The notes under the pieces were generated by a model. That model had not been told where the DNA came from. It searched no databases and worked only from the letters and a program-made list of their open reading frames with translations. Positions 9,550 to 19,417 of a DNA stretch of 64,000 nucleotides are shown one piece after another (position 1 is the stretch's first letter; each line of letters begins with the position of its first letter). Origin of the DNA: an uncultured archaeon (GTDB lineage: Archaea; Aenigmatarchaeota; Aenigmatarchaeia; QMZP01); the NCBI GenBank assembly GCA_964484305.1, contig CAZAEI010000001.1, positions 26,936 to 90,935 of the forward strand, written 5' to 3'. Both the position numbers and the translations under genes were made by a program.

Positions 9550-10289
9550 GCCGCCTGTTTGTATACTTTCTTGGTTATATCCTCAACTTTTTTATCCAGC
9601 TCCTTGAGCTTATCCTCGTATTCTTTCTCTAACTTCTCGATGTTCCAGTCTATACCAACCACGTTTGCCTTGCCCATTTCCGAAAGCTCATCGGTTAGGG
9701 TCAATATAAACTTTTTATGGTTGTGGTATTCTCCAATCATTTTTGTCATATCAGTGCCTGGGGATGGCTTTTCTAATTCTTTCTCCATGAGGTTGACAGA
9801 GCTTCTGAGGTTGGAAATCTCCTGCTCTATCTGGGTTCTCTTTTTTTTCTCACTTTCTTCCAATTTTCCCCTGACCTTTTTCCCAAAATATCCTAACGGT
9901 CCTGAACCTCCTCCAAATCCGGGCATCTTTCCGCCTGCTCCGCCGCCGCTACCCCCGCCACCGATGAGGTGGCGCATGAAGGCCCAGAGGCCCATCAGGA
10001 TGACCGCGAACAGCCACCAGAACCTGCTCAGGGATACAAACATGGTGTAGAGCCCCTCCATGACTATGAAGGCGTACAGGGTAACAGAGATTAGCAGGCG
10101 CAGGCCCCGGGGCGCGTTCCCGTCCCCCCTGAAGATGAAATTGGTCAGTATGTAGACCAGCAGGATTATGAACACCGTGGGAAAGAAGAACAGGTAGAAC
10201 AGGGCCTCGATCTCAGATGCGTAACCGGTGCACTGCACCACGCTGCAGTTTATCCTGAGGGTATCGATAATAATATCGAGGAGTGCCAT
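9546..10289 (-). CDS. Hypothetical membrane protein: 3 TM, Gly-rich linker, C-terminal coiled coil
   Basis: ORF translation; likely start MALLDII at 10289. Confidence 0.7.
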   Translation of the reverse strand: MALLDIIIDTLRINCSVVQCTGYASEIEALFYLFFFPTVFIILLVYILTNFIFRGDGNAPRGLRLLISVTLYAFIVMEGLYTMFVSLSRFWWLFAVILMGLWAFMRHLIGGGGSGGGAGGKMPGFGGGSGPLGYFGKKVRGKLEESEKKKRTQIEQEISNLRSSVNLMEKELEKPSPGTDMTKMIGEYHNHKKFILTLTDELSEMGKANVVGIDWNIEKLEKEYEDKLKELDKKVEDITKKVYKQAA

Positions 10290-10381
10290 GATTCTATTTA
10301 GGAATTCAACTTTAAATAAAAACAAGTGACTATAATATAATCATAGCAGGTTAATTGTAGCAGGCGTTAGTCGGGATTGTC

Positions 10382-13300
10382 ATGAAGGGAGGCCCTGGTG
10401 TTGGCGGAGTTAGGCTGGCGTCTTTAGGTGTTGTTCTCTTGCTGGCCGTGCTGATGGCGGGGTATGCCCTGGCCGGGGAGTTCACTTCTGAGCCATCACC
10501 CTCAACCTACGAGGCTCAGGTGGCACCCAACATAAGCTTCGATGTAACCAACACAGACTCGCTCTATAACATAACAAACATAACCGTAATCTTCCCCTCA
10601 ACCCTCGAATTCGTGACAGGCAGCAATTACACCAACATGTCTAACTCCAGCATATCAAACACGGCAACCTCTTTCATGTGGGGCAACGCCACCCTCTTAG
10701 GAATCCTTCCAAACGGCTCGAGCACCTATCTCAACCTGAGCTTCCATAACATGACCGCTCCGGGAAACTACAGCTTCGAGCTGAACATCACCTTCACTAA
10801 TGGCTCCTATGATAACGAAACTCATAACGTTACCATCCAGGACACAACACCCCCTACAGACATTGTACTCCTAAATCCAGATAATGATACCTGGATAACC
10901 GCCTCCAGCGTATGGATAAATATAAGCTTCACAGAGCTGAATCCCTACAATTGTATATATGAGAACAGCACAGGAGATAACACAACCAACACATCCTCAG
11001 AAAGCCCCTGTCTTATTCTCGTGACAGACTATAACGAAAGCACCTGGACCTACAGTGTCTGGGTGAATGACACATCTGGAAACATTGCCCAAAATGGGGT
11101 ATACTACCTGGGTTACGACATCAGTGACCCTGTAGGCAACTCCCTGGGGCTTTTCTATCAGGGAACCAATGTCTCCAATGGGAGCATAACCGAGCTTGGC
11201 GACGTTGTGATAAGCGTCAACGTGACGGATTCGCTCTCGGGAATCAACACCTCCCTGAATGGTTCGGTCTATGCGAACATAACAAATTCCTCGGGTTATG
11301 TAATGACCATAGTCAACCTGACCCACACCTCGGGTGACATATTCAACGGGACCTGGGATGCGGACCAGTACAGCGCAGGGGGCGACAACTACTCCGTGAA
11401 CGTCACCGCAACCGACATTGCGGGAAACACCAGGATTTCTGCAATATCAACCGCCCTGGAGATAGTGGGTGCTCCCGAGCTCTTCTTGGACTTCTCGGGC
11501 TGGACTTCGGACAATGCTGCCCCGGGGCATCCCCACTACGGCAACAACCTTACGCTCAATGTTACTATATTCAATGGCGGAGAGGAAGACTTTGATGGGT
11601 ATGTTAACGTCACGCTTTCAAGGTCAGGAGTAGGTGAGATAGTAAGAACAAATGTCTCAAACACATCGCTGCAATACGGGGAGAATTACACTGTGGAATT
11701 CACTGTTCTGAGTGGTAACTTTTCTGGCGGCAACGGATACTATCTGTTCACGGCAGAGGTGGATCCGGCCTCAGAGAATGCAGTAGAAGAGAGTTCGGAG
11801 AACAACAACACCGGCACCTTCGGCCTCACCCTGGGATACAATGTGAGCCTCAACAAAATAAACAACGGCTCAGTGAGTTCTGAGCCCCCTGATATTGCGA
11901 ACGCCTTCCCGGACCGGAACGTCACGTTCAACATATCTGTTACATACGCCAATGGGGACCCTGTCTCTGGGATCACAGCAGAGAACCTCACATTCACAAA
12001 CACACCGCATTCAGAGGGTCAAGAAGACAACAGCACCCTAGGTAACAGGAATGCCATAGATTTCATTGGATGTGGTAGCGGTTTTTGCGTATTCAACTTC
12101 ACCACACACCCTCCTACATATGAAGCAGTAAATGAAAACGGAACACGCGCTGATCCGGGACTCAGTACCATGAGTGTCAGCATCTCGGATGGTGGGAACT
12201 ACACTGGGTCAGGAGGTTTTGACTACAACCTCACCGCGCCTGACCTGACAGTCTTAATCTGGGGCAACGGTAGGGATAATGTAATAGGTGATATAGACCT
12301 GGCAGGCTCAAGTTCCAAATGGGTGGAATTCAACATCACAGTAACCAACAATGGGAATGCCCCCGCATATGACATCCTTATTGATGATCCTGATGACTGG
12401 CTTTATGATGAATCTGTTTTTGAAGACCTGGACTCGGATGGTGATATATCACTTTCTGCATTGAACCCAGACGAGTCCCATATCTTCCCTGGTGCAGGTA
12501 AGGACTTGGAGATTAAGGCCATTGGGTTAGCTTCTGGCAGTGATGAGAATCTATATGTGACAGTGCACTACAACGACTCGGTGGATAATGAATATGAAGG
12601 TTTCGACTATGACAAGGTGGGTGTTGGTGACACAGGAAGCGGTGAAGAAGAGGAAGAAAATGGCGGGACAACGGACGGCGGCGACCTGGAGCTCGAGCTC
12701 ACCCTGACGGACTGGGATGACGAGATAGACGGCTACCCTGGGGGCTCGAACACGACCAGGGTGAAGGTCAAGAACACCGGGGACGTTACAGTGGTGGCCA
12801 AGGTGTCCTTCACCTGCGATGTTGTTGAGGATGACCCCACCATAGGGCCAATCTCCAAGAGCCTGGCCGTTGGAACGAGCCAAGAGTTCATAATCGATTT
12901 CAACATCGAGGATGACGCCGAGATAGGTGAGTACGACTGCACGGCAAAGGCCTATGTCTCCTCCTCAGAGGATGACTATGACACAGGGACCATTGTCCTA
13001 AGGGTCCTGGCCACAGGGGAGGTGGCAGAGGAGATAAACCAGAGCTGTCAGAACCTCTCGGCCACCATAGATGGCCTATTTGACAGGTTCTCCCTGATTA
13101 ACAGGGCCCTGGTGAACGACACCAACCTGAGCAGGGTTGAGAACCTCCTCAATACCGCCAACATCACCCTCCAGGACATACTGGATGCCATCGGGGACGG
13201 GGACTACATAACCGCGCATGACCTGATTGAGAGCCTCAACACCTCCCTGGGCAGCATAGAGGATGGCCTGTATGACCTGGAGCTCGAGCAGAGCCTGGGC

Positions 13301-13717
13301 GGCGGTCTGGCCTTCTCGGGGCAATGGTTCTGGTTTTTTATAATAATAGTTGTCGTGATAGCCGTTGCCTTCGTTGCCTACCTCCTCTTCCCCCAGAAGG
13401 GCTACGGCCCCAGGAAGAGCATCACAGACACGCTCAAGGATACCATCAGGATAGGGGCTTCAAGGGCCGGTGAAATCAAGGAAAAGGGCAAGTCGCTCGG
13501 ATCTGGAAGGAAGGAGCCCTTCAGGCCCTCGGGCTATGCAGGGGGTTATGAGAAGCAGGCCCCACCAGCAGCATACGGCTACAGGAAGGGCCCGGCCGGG
13601 AAGATTAAGGGTGCCTTCAGCAGGCTCAAGGAAAAGCTGAAGAGGAGGAAGAAGCCCCAGAAGGAGGTCACCCAGTACTTCGCCAGCTCCTCGAGCAACA
13701 TAATTAACTATTCGTGA
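10382..13717 (+). CDS. Large cell-surface glycoprotein (Ig/CARDB-like domains, C-terminal TM anchor and basic tail)
   Basis: Signal peptide, dense N-x-S/T sequons, CARDB-like VDPASENAVEESSENNN, TM near the C-terminus followed by a K/R-rich tail. Confidence 0.85.
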   Translation: MKGGPGVGGVRLASLGVVLLLAVLMAGYALAGEFTSEPSPSTYEAQVAPNISFDVTNTDSLYNITNITVIFPSTLEFVTGSNYTNMSNSSISNTATSFMWGNATLLGILPNGSSTYLNLSFHNMTAPGNYSFELNITFTNGSYDNETHNVTIQDTTPPTDIVLLNPDNDTWITASSVWINISFTELNPYNCIYENSTGDNTTNTSSESPCLILVTDYNESTWTYSVWVNDTSGNIAQNGVYYLGYDISDPVGNSLGLFYQGTNVSNGSITELGDVVISVNVTDSLSGINTSLNGSVYANITNSSGYVMTIVNLTHTSGDIFNGTWDADQYSAGGDNYSVNVTATDIAGNTRISAISTALEIVGAPELFLDFSGWTSDNAAPGHPHYGNNLTLNVTIFNGGEEDFDGYVNVTLSRSGVGEIVRTNVSNTSLQYGENYTVEFTVLSGNFSGGNGYYLFTAEVDPASENAVEESSENNNTGTFGLTLGYNVSLNKINNGSVSSEPPDIANAFPDRNVTFNISVTYANGDPVSGITAENLTFTNTPHSEGQEDNSTLGNRNAIDFIGCGSGFCVFNFTTHPPTYEAVNENGTRADPGLSTMSVSISDGGNYTGSGGFDYNLTAPDLTVLIWGNGRDNVIGDIDLAGSSSKWVEFNITVTNNGNAPAYDILIDDPDDWLYDESVFEDLDSDGDISLSALNPDESHIFPGAGKDLEIKAIGLASGSDENLYVTVHYNDSVDNEYEGFDYDKVGVGDTGSGEEEEENGGTTDGGDLELELTLTDWDDEIDGYPGGSNTTRVKVKNTGDVTVVAKVSFTCDVVEDDPTIGPISKSLAVGTSQEFIIDFNIEDDAEIGEYDCTAKAYVSSSEDDYDTGTIVLRVLATGEVAEEINQSCQNLSATIDGLFDRFSLINRALVNDTNLSRVENLLNTANITLQDILDAIGDGDYITAHDLIESLNTSLGSIEDGLYDLELEQSLGGGLAFSGQWFWFFIIIVVVIAVAFVAYLLFPQKGYGPRKSITDTLKDTIRIGASRAGEIKEKGKSLGSGRKEPFRPSGYAGGYEKQAPPAAYGYRKGPAGKIKGAFSRLKEKLKRRKKPQKEVTQYFASSSSNIINYS

Positions 13718-13781
13718 TCTAAGAAATCCTTATAAATAGTACATTTAACAAATATGTGAAAGGAGTTCATGCGGTGTCAAT

Positions 13782-14066
13782 ATGTCTATACATTTCACTA
13801 ACATCAGAGATGATGAAAAAATAATCCTTCTAGACGTTTTAGGATATGAGGTTGCTAAAGACGGGCTAATCTTATCGAAGGATACTAAGAAACCACATAT
13901 TTGTCCCATAACTCAAGAGAAAGTCCATTTTAAAAATGTCTCTATTCTGCCCTGGAACTCTAGTATAGTCATAAATACTTCAGCTTTAAGCATCTCTGAG
14001 TATTTGTCTAGATTATCAGAAAGGTGTGATCATCATGGGCGAAACTCAAGAGATCGAGCAACTTAA
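13782..14066 (+). CDS. Hypothetical protein (AT-rich insert, gene 1)
   Basis: 94-aa ORF with TATA-like TTATAAA at about 13730 and GGTG upstream; A/T-ending codons. Confidence 0.7.
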   Translation: MSIHFTNIRDDEKIILLDVLGYEVAKDGLILSKDTKKPHICPITQEKVHFKNVSILPWNSSIVINTSALSISEYLSRLSERCDHHGRNSRDRAT

Positions 14067-14745
14067 AACACTTTTGGAATTGTACAAAATAGGTAAAGAT
14101 GTAAAAAGAAAGATAATTGGGATTCTTGACAAAAAGAAATACGGATTTGTCCCCAATACAACAGAAGCTAATTCTTTGCAGAGGATAAATGAAAGTCCAA
14201 TTTTCTGTAGACTTAAGGAATGTGCCGGGAATCATTGGTCACTAAATCTTGTAAAGGTTGGGATATATATTATGGAGTTGAATGATGAAGATGAAAGGAT
14301 ACTCGTTAGAGAAATACGTGATAGGATTCATAAACAACATGGTCCAAAGGGGATGAAGATATTAAATCTTGGTAGCACTGGTGTTATACTGGATGTAATT
14401 GAATACCTAGATGATTTGAAGACGAGGAAGGGTTATGGGGAAGAGCATATAGCTTCAGAATTCGATAGAATTCTCGAGAATTGGGAGCAAATATCAATAT
14501 TTGTCCGTTCAGAACATGATGAAAATGCTCTCTACGATGAAATATTAACACACATGTATAGAAAAATCCATATTTTCTTTGTTTTTGCTTATGGGACTGC
14601 ATGTAAGGTCGCAATGACAACGATTGCAGAGATGAATAATGAAGGTATGATTACTGAGAGATATGGCTACTTGTTCTGGGTTAAACCTGGGAAGGATAGA
14701 GCAGGAAAAATAAAATATACGTGGGAATTTGAACTTTGTACATAG
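14035..14745 (+). CDS. Hypothetical protein (AT-rich insert, gene 2)
   Basis: About 236-aa ORF; AGGTG RBS before ATG 14035; overlaps gene 1. Confidence 0.75.
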   Translation: MGETQEIEQLKTLLELYKIGKDVKRKIIGILDKKKYGFVPNTTEANSLQRINESPIFCRLKECAGNHWSLNLVKVGIYIMELNDEDERILVREIRDRIHKQHGPKGMKILNLGSTGVILDVIEYLDDLKTRKGYGEEHIASEFDRILENWEQISIFVRSEHDENALYDEILTHMYRKIHIFFVFAYGTACKVAMTTIAEMNNEGMITERYGYLFWVKPGKDRAGKIKYTWEFELCT

Positions 14746-14778
14746 GGTTGTCTCATCTTAACGAACTACAGGAATCAG

Positions 14779-16575
14779 TCAGTCTTTGTTCATGGCCTCC
14801 ACTATCCTGGCATAGGCCGGCCTCGTGATGAGGATGCCCACCAGGACACCCACTATCGTGGTTATTGCGAAGCCCCTCAGGAATCCGATGCCTATCGTCA
14901 TGAGGGGGACCATGGCCGCTATGCTAGTGGCAGCGGCCCCGAATATTATGAAGAAGGCCCTATTTATCTTCTCCTTCAGGGTATAGGAGCGCCTATCCTT
15001 CCTGCCTGTCAGGGTCTCGTCTGCGATGATTATCTGGTGGTCCACCCCTGTTCCTATGGCTGCTATTATCCCGCCTATTGCGGGCAGGTCTATTGTCCAT
15101 GAGGCCATGCCCAGGAGCGGAATCAGGAGCACGCCCGCCCATGCATAGAGGTCTATCTCGTGCTTCTTCCACCAGGCTGTGGCCACGAAGAGGAAGGCCA
15201 GGACCATAACGGTCCCCCATATCACGGAGTCGTTTATGGCAGCTATCCCGAGGATTACGACAACCTCGGAGAGGCCAATCAGGACCATGGGTATGGCCAC
15301 CTTGAGGGTCCTGTACCTGATGAATACTATCACTATCACCAGGGCGGCGGCAAAGATGGCGGCATACATAGTGGAATGGAGGAACTCCCCTCCCAGGGCC
15401 GGGGACATGATGTCCACGCTCACTGCCTCAAGTGAGGTTGGAAGCGCCCCTGACCTGAGTATGGTCTGGAGCCTGAGCTTCTCCTGAATCGCATCCTCCT
15501 GCTCTGTCCTGCTCCCTGTGACCTGGGGGTTCTGGACCAGGCGCCCACCAAGGTCAGAGGATATCCTCAGGTCAGAAACCAGCTGGTCATCCAGGTATAG
15601 GAAGAGCACGCTCTCCAGATATCGCTCCCCTGACTGGAGGTCCAGGTAGCTCAGTGATCCTGACGTGATGTCTGCAAACCTCTGGGCCCCATCTGTGGAC
15701 ACCAGCACGCCAAAGAAGAACTTGTAGCCCCCCTGTATGGGTATCACCCCGGAGCTCTGTGGGTCGGTATAGACCAACTCTATGTCATTGCTGTCATAGG
15801 CCTTGCCCATAAAGAGCAGGACATTCTCAGCTGTCTTGTTTACATACTCAAACTCAATGCCGCCCAGGGTGTGGTTGTCCCCGGTCCCCATGGCATGGCC
15901 ATCGAGCTCGATTGTATCGTTCCCAGTAAGCCTGACGGGGAAGGTCTCGTCCCCCAGCTGGAAGCTCCCATCTCCCACCACCAGGTGGACGTGCTTGGAT
16001 ATCTTGGCCTCAAAGTTCCCCTGAGTGGAGAGCAGGTCGTCCACGATGTCGCGGCTTATCCCCGCTACCTCTATCAGGACGTAGTATTCGCCCTGGGCAT
16101 CCCTGACCGGGATGAAGTTCATCTCCCTCAGGCCGTAGAGGTTGGCCCTGGTCTGGAGCGTGGATATCACCTGGTCTATGGTCTCCTTGGTGGCGTTGTC
16201 CTTGGGCTTGAGGACTATGCGGGTTCCTCCACGGAGGTCGAGGCCGAAGTTCAGGTTGCTCTTCTCTATATCGACAACATCGATGCCCAGGGTCTCATTA
16301 ACAGTGAATGTGTATTTCCTGCCATCTGCCACAAACTCTACCTCTCCTGTGAGCCCCTTGGTCAGCTCCTCCCATCCCGATAGGCCGTTCACAGTTTGGC
16401 CATTTACAGTGGATATGACCATGCCCTGCTCAAGGACCCCGCGCGCGGGGGATTCATCAGAGAAGTATACAATCTCCACTGCATTGCGGCCGTAGGGGTA
16501 TGTCTTGAAGCCTATGGCCAGGACTGAGCCGAACACGACCAGTACCAGCAGCCATATCCTCCAGTACTTGAGCAT
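14779..16575 (-). CDS. secD: Protein translocase subunit SecD
   Basis: GLDLRGGTR, ILRSGALP, IGTGVDHQIIIADE, LRGFAITTIVG; ATG overlaps the secF TGA. Confidence 0.93.
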   Translation of the reverse strand: MLKYWRIWLLVLVVFGSVLAIGFKTYPYGRNAVEIVYFSDESPARGVLEQGMVISTVNGQTVNGLSGWEELTKGLTGEVEFVADGRKYTFTVNETLGIDVVDIEKSNLNFGLDLRGGTRIVLKPKDNATKETIDQVISTLQTRANLYGLREMNFIPVRDAQGEYYVLIEVAGISRDIVDDLLSTQGNFEAKISKHVHLVVGDGSFQLGDETFPVRLTGNDTIELDGHAMGTGDNHTLGGIEFEYVNKTAENVLLFMGKAYDSNDIELVYTDPQSSGVIPIQGGYKFFFGVLVSTDGAQRFADITSGSLSYLDLQSGERYLESVLFLYLDDQLVSDLRISSDLGGRLVQNPQVTGSRTEQEDAIQEKLRLQTILRSGALPTSLEAVSVDIMSPALGGEFLHSTMYAAIFAAALVIVIVFIRYRTLKVAIPMVLIGLSEVVVILGIAAINDSVIWGTVMVLAFLFVATAWWKKHEIDLYAWAGVLLIPLLGMASWTIDLPAIGGIIAAIGTGVDHQIIIADETLTGRKDRRSYTLKEKINRAFFIIFGAAATSIAAMVPLMTIGIGFLRGFAITTIVGVLVGILITRPAYARIVEAMNKD

Positions 16576-17432
16576 CACAATCCCTTCCTTTCCGCATACC
16601 ACCTTATTATCGTGGCGTTCATCAGCCAGGTGTTGATTATGTCTATCGCGAGGCCCAGTAACAGGACAGATGCTATTGCGAACAGAACCGGAGAGGTTGT
16701 TGTCAGGATGATGGCTGCCATCACACCAAGCGTCGTCAGTGTCATGGTCATGCCTGTCTTGAAGGCGCCCCGGGTCCTTGCGGCCACGGAGTCCTCCCGG
16801 GTCCTGATGACCCTGGTAGTCAGGAGTATGTCGGTGTCAATGGAATATCCTATAAGCATCAGCAGGGCAGCAAAGCTCGCCAGGGAGAGTTCTATTGAGA
16901 AGACTTGCATGAGTGCCAGGGTAACTATGATATCAAAGACAGCGGCAAGTATGACCGCTGTTGACGGGACGAATGTCCTGAATATCACAAACACTATGAT
17001 GCCCATGAGTATGAAGGCTACCACAAGGCTTATCTGGGCCTGTATCCAGAAGCTCTCCCCCAGGGAGGGCCCTATGGTCTCAACAGAGGTGTCGCTCGTG
17101 TCCACCCCCAGGGACTCCAGGCTTGACCTGACCTCATCAACATCAACCCCTGATTCCACCTGCACGCTGAGGCCGAACCCGGAGAAGCTCCTCAGTTCCC
17201 TGACAACGACCTGGCCGAACCGCTCTGAGAGGCCCTCCTCGATGAGGCCCAGGTCATGCGGTGAATCGGTCCTGATGGAGAGCAGGGTCCCGCCCTTCAG
17301 GTCAATAGACCTCTGGAACCACTCCCCTGTCTGGCTGTAGTTATAGGACAGCAGGCCTGCGGCCAGGACCAGCAGCAGGATAGGTACTGCAAGAAGGGGT
17401 TTGTAGGCTCCAATGCCCTTCTCCTCAGACAT
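16575..17432 (-). CDS. secF: Protein translocase subunit SecF
   Basis: SIDLKGGT, IGPSLGESF, LMLIGYSIDTDILLT, DIINTWLMNA. Confidence 0.93.
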   Translation of the reverse strand: MSEEKGIGAYKPLLAVPILLLVLAAGLLSYNYSQTGEWFQRSIDLKGGTLLSIRTDSPHDLGLIEEGLSERFGQVVVRELRSFSGFGLSVQVESGVDVDEVRSSLESLGVDTSDTSVETIGPSLGESFWIQAQISLVVAFILMGIIVFVIFRTFVPSTAVILAAVFDIIVTLALMQVFSIELSLASFAALLMLIGYSIDTDILLTTRVIRTREDSVAARTRGAFKTGMTMTLTTLGVMAAIILTTTSPVLFAIASVLLLGLAIDIINTWLMNATIIRWYAERKGL

Positions 17433-17534
17433 CACAATCACTCGGTTGCAGAATATACAAGCGTAATTATATACAATATGTTTTAGGTAATAAATAACGA
17501 GTATTGTTTATAAGCTTGGGGGGAAGATTTTATC

Positions 17535-18569
17535 ATGCACGACGTGGTTGTTGTGGGTGCCGGGCCTGCCGGACTGATGTGCGCGAGCCTGTGCGAGAAA
17601 TCGGGCCTGGACGTGCTTGTCCTAGAGAGGAAGCCCAAGATAGGACTGCCTGTCCAGTGCTCTGGCCTCATATCAAGGAATATTGACAGGCTTGTCAGGC
17701 CTCCAGGGAACTGCATAGAGCACAGGGTGAATGGGGCCATTGTCCACGGCCCTGGCGGAAGGGATATCAGGCTCGAGAAGCCCGGAACCGCTGCCTACGT
17801 AATAGACAGGGCTGCTTTTGATGTATTCCTGGCAGGGAGGGTGAAGTCAGAAATCCGCATGAAGACCGAGGTCAGGGGGCTCCAGTACAGCGGGGATGGC
17901 GTGAAGGTCTCCACCAGCAGGAGCGAGGTCATGGCCCGGGCTGTCCTGGGGTGCGATGGACCCTCGTCTGTTGTGGCCAGGCACTTCGGGCAAAGAAGAC
18001 CCAGGGAGATGCTCCAGGGCGTGATAATCCTCGAGAAGAAACCGGACAGGTCTGGTTTCGTGGAGCTCTGGCTGGACAGGAAGCTCTGCGACGGCTTCCT
18101 GTGGAGGATTCCCCGGGGGAAATCTGTCGAGTACGGCATGCTCGGGAGCAGGGCCGGCTTCAGGCAACTCGAGAAATTCTTTGGTGTTGGTGAGGGCCTG
18201 GAGAAGCGGGCCGGCCTGATTCCCATAGGCCCCGGCAAGACCTACTTTGACAGGACCCTGCTCGTGGGCGACGCAGCTGCCCAGACCAAGCCCTGGTCAG
18301 GGGGCGGGGTTGTCTACGGCCTGACAGCAGCGGGCCACGCAGCCAGGACCATCAGGCAGGCCCTTGCAAGAAATGATTTGTCAGAGAAGGCCCTGGCAGG
18401 CTATGAGCATGCCTGGAGGGCTGAGCTGGACAGGCCCATCCAGATGGGTATGATGGCCAGGGAGCTCTACAGGGAGATGGACAACAGGCAGCTCGGCGAG
18501 TTCCTTGACAGGCTAGCCGGGATTGATTTGAACAGCCTGGACATGGACTTCCCTGCCCTGGGGTTCTGA
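17535..18569 (+). CDS. Geranylgeranyl reductase family FAD-dependent oxidoreductase
   Basis: VVGAGPAG, PVQCSG, GCDG, FLWRIP, LVGDAAAQTKPWSGGG. Confidence 0.88.
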   Translation: MHDVVVVGAGPAGLMCASLCEKSGLDVLVLERKPKIGLPVQCSGLISRNIDRLVRPPGNCIEHRVNGAIVHGPGGRDIRLEKPGTAAYVIDRAAFDVFLAGRVKSEIRMKTEVRGLQYSGDGVKVSTSRSEVMARAVLGCDGPSSVVARHFGQRRPREMLQGVIILEKKPDRSGFVELWLDRKLCDGFLWRIPRGKSVEYGMLGSRAGFRQLEKFFGVGEGLEKRAGLIPIGPGKTYFDRTLLVGDAAAQTKPWSGGGVVYGLTAAGHAARTIRQALARNDLSEKALAGYEHAWRAELDRPIQMGMMARELYREMDNRQLGEFLDRLAGIDLNSLDMDFPALGF

Positions 18570-18635
18570 ATCCCCAGGCAGCAATATTTAAGGGCTCAGG
18601 ACAACATCTTTCTGTCTATACATGGAGGTTGTTAA

Positions 18636-18965
18636 ATGCCAGAGCAGAAGGGGATTAACCTGAACCTGTCACCGAATGTCATGCCCATACACGCGGACGA
18701 GGCCATGATTCACACAAAGATAAGGGCCAAGAAGGATGGTGACGGCGTCAAAAAGATAGGCCACCTGAGAATATGGTTCATAGACACCCTCGCGAACAGG
18801 GTAGTTTCTGACATCGTGATTGACATGGGTCTCGCTGAATCATTATCAGGGCTTCTGAAAGGGAAGACCACCGAGCTGATAGAGGAACTGAAGAGCGACA
18901 AGCTGCCGGAACCGCAGAAGAAGCCGGCAACCACATCAGGCAGGGAAACAAGCTATATAGGGTGA
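18636..18965 (+). CDS. Hypothetical protein (possibly DUF3467-like)
   Basis: 109-aa ORF with GGAGG RBS; family assignment is a weak recollection. Confidence 0.65.
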   Translation: MPEQKGINLNLSPNVMPIHADEAMIHTKIRAKKDGDGVKKIGHLRIWFIDTLANRVVSDIVIDMGLAESLSGLLKGKTTELIEELKSDKLPEPQKKPATTSGRETSYIG

Positions 18966-19030
18966 ATGGCCAAAGTCTGTGGATTGTGGTTTCAAGATTA
19001 CTAATAAATATCTTGGCCATAATTTTAATC

Positions 19031-19399
19031 ATGGTCGGGATAAATGAGGGACTAAAGAAGCTGATTGAAGGGAATGCCTTGGCATTTGCGAGTATTGATG
19101 ATTCTGGAAACCCCCATTGCATTGCCGTTGCTGACGTGAAGGTTGCCTCCAAAAACCAAATTCTTATCGGAGATAATTACATTGTTGAGACACTAAAGAA
19201 TATCAAGCGAAACAAGAATGTTGCCTTGGCGGTCTGGAACAGAAACTGGGAAGAGGAGTGTGTAGGTTACGAATTAAAGGGAACTGCTGATTATTTCACA
19301 GGAGGCAGGTGGCACGAAATGGTCAAAGAACTTCATAAAGGATTTCCTGCAAAGGGCGCAATCCTAATAACAGTAAACAAAATTAAAAAATTGGCATAA
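19031..19399 (+). CDS. Pyridoxamine 5'-phosphate oxidase-like FMN-binding split-barrel protein
   Basis: AFASIDDSGNPH, TLKNIKRNKNVALAVW, GYELKGTADY, PAKGAILITVNKI; AT-rich. Confidence 0.85.
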   Translation: MVGINEGLKKLIEGNALAFASIDDSGNPHCIAVADVKVASKNQILIGDNYIVETLKNIKRNKNVALAVWNRNWEEECVGYELKGTADYFTGGRWHEMVKELHKGFPAKGAILITVNKIKKLA

Positions 19400-19417
19400 C
19401 TGCCACTGAGCCCTGCA

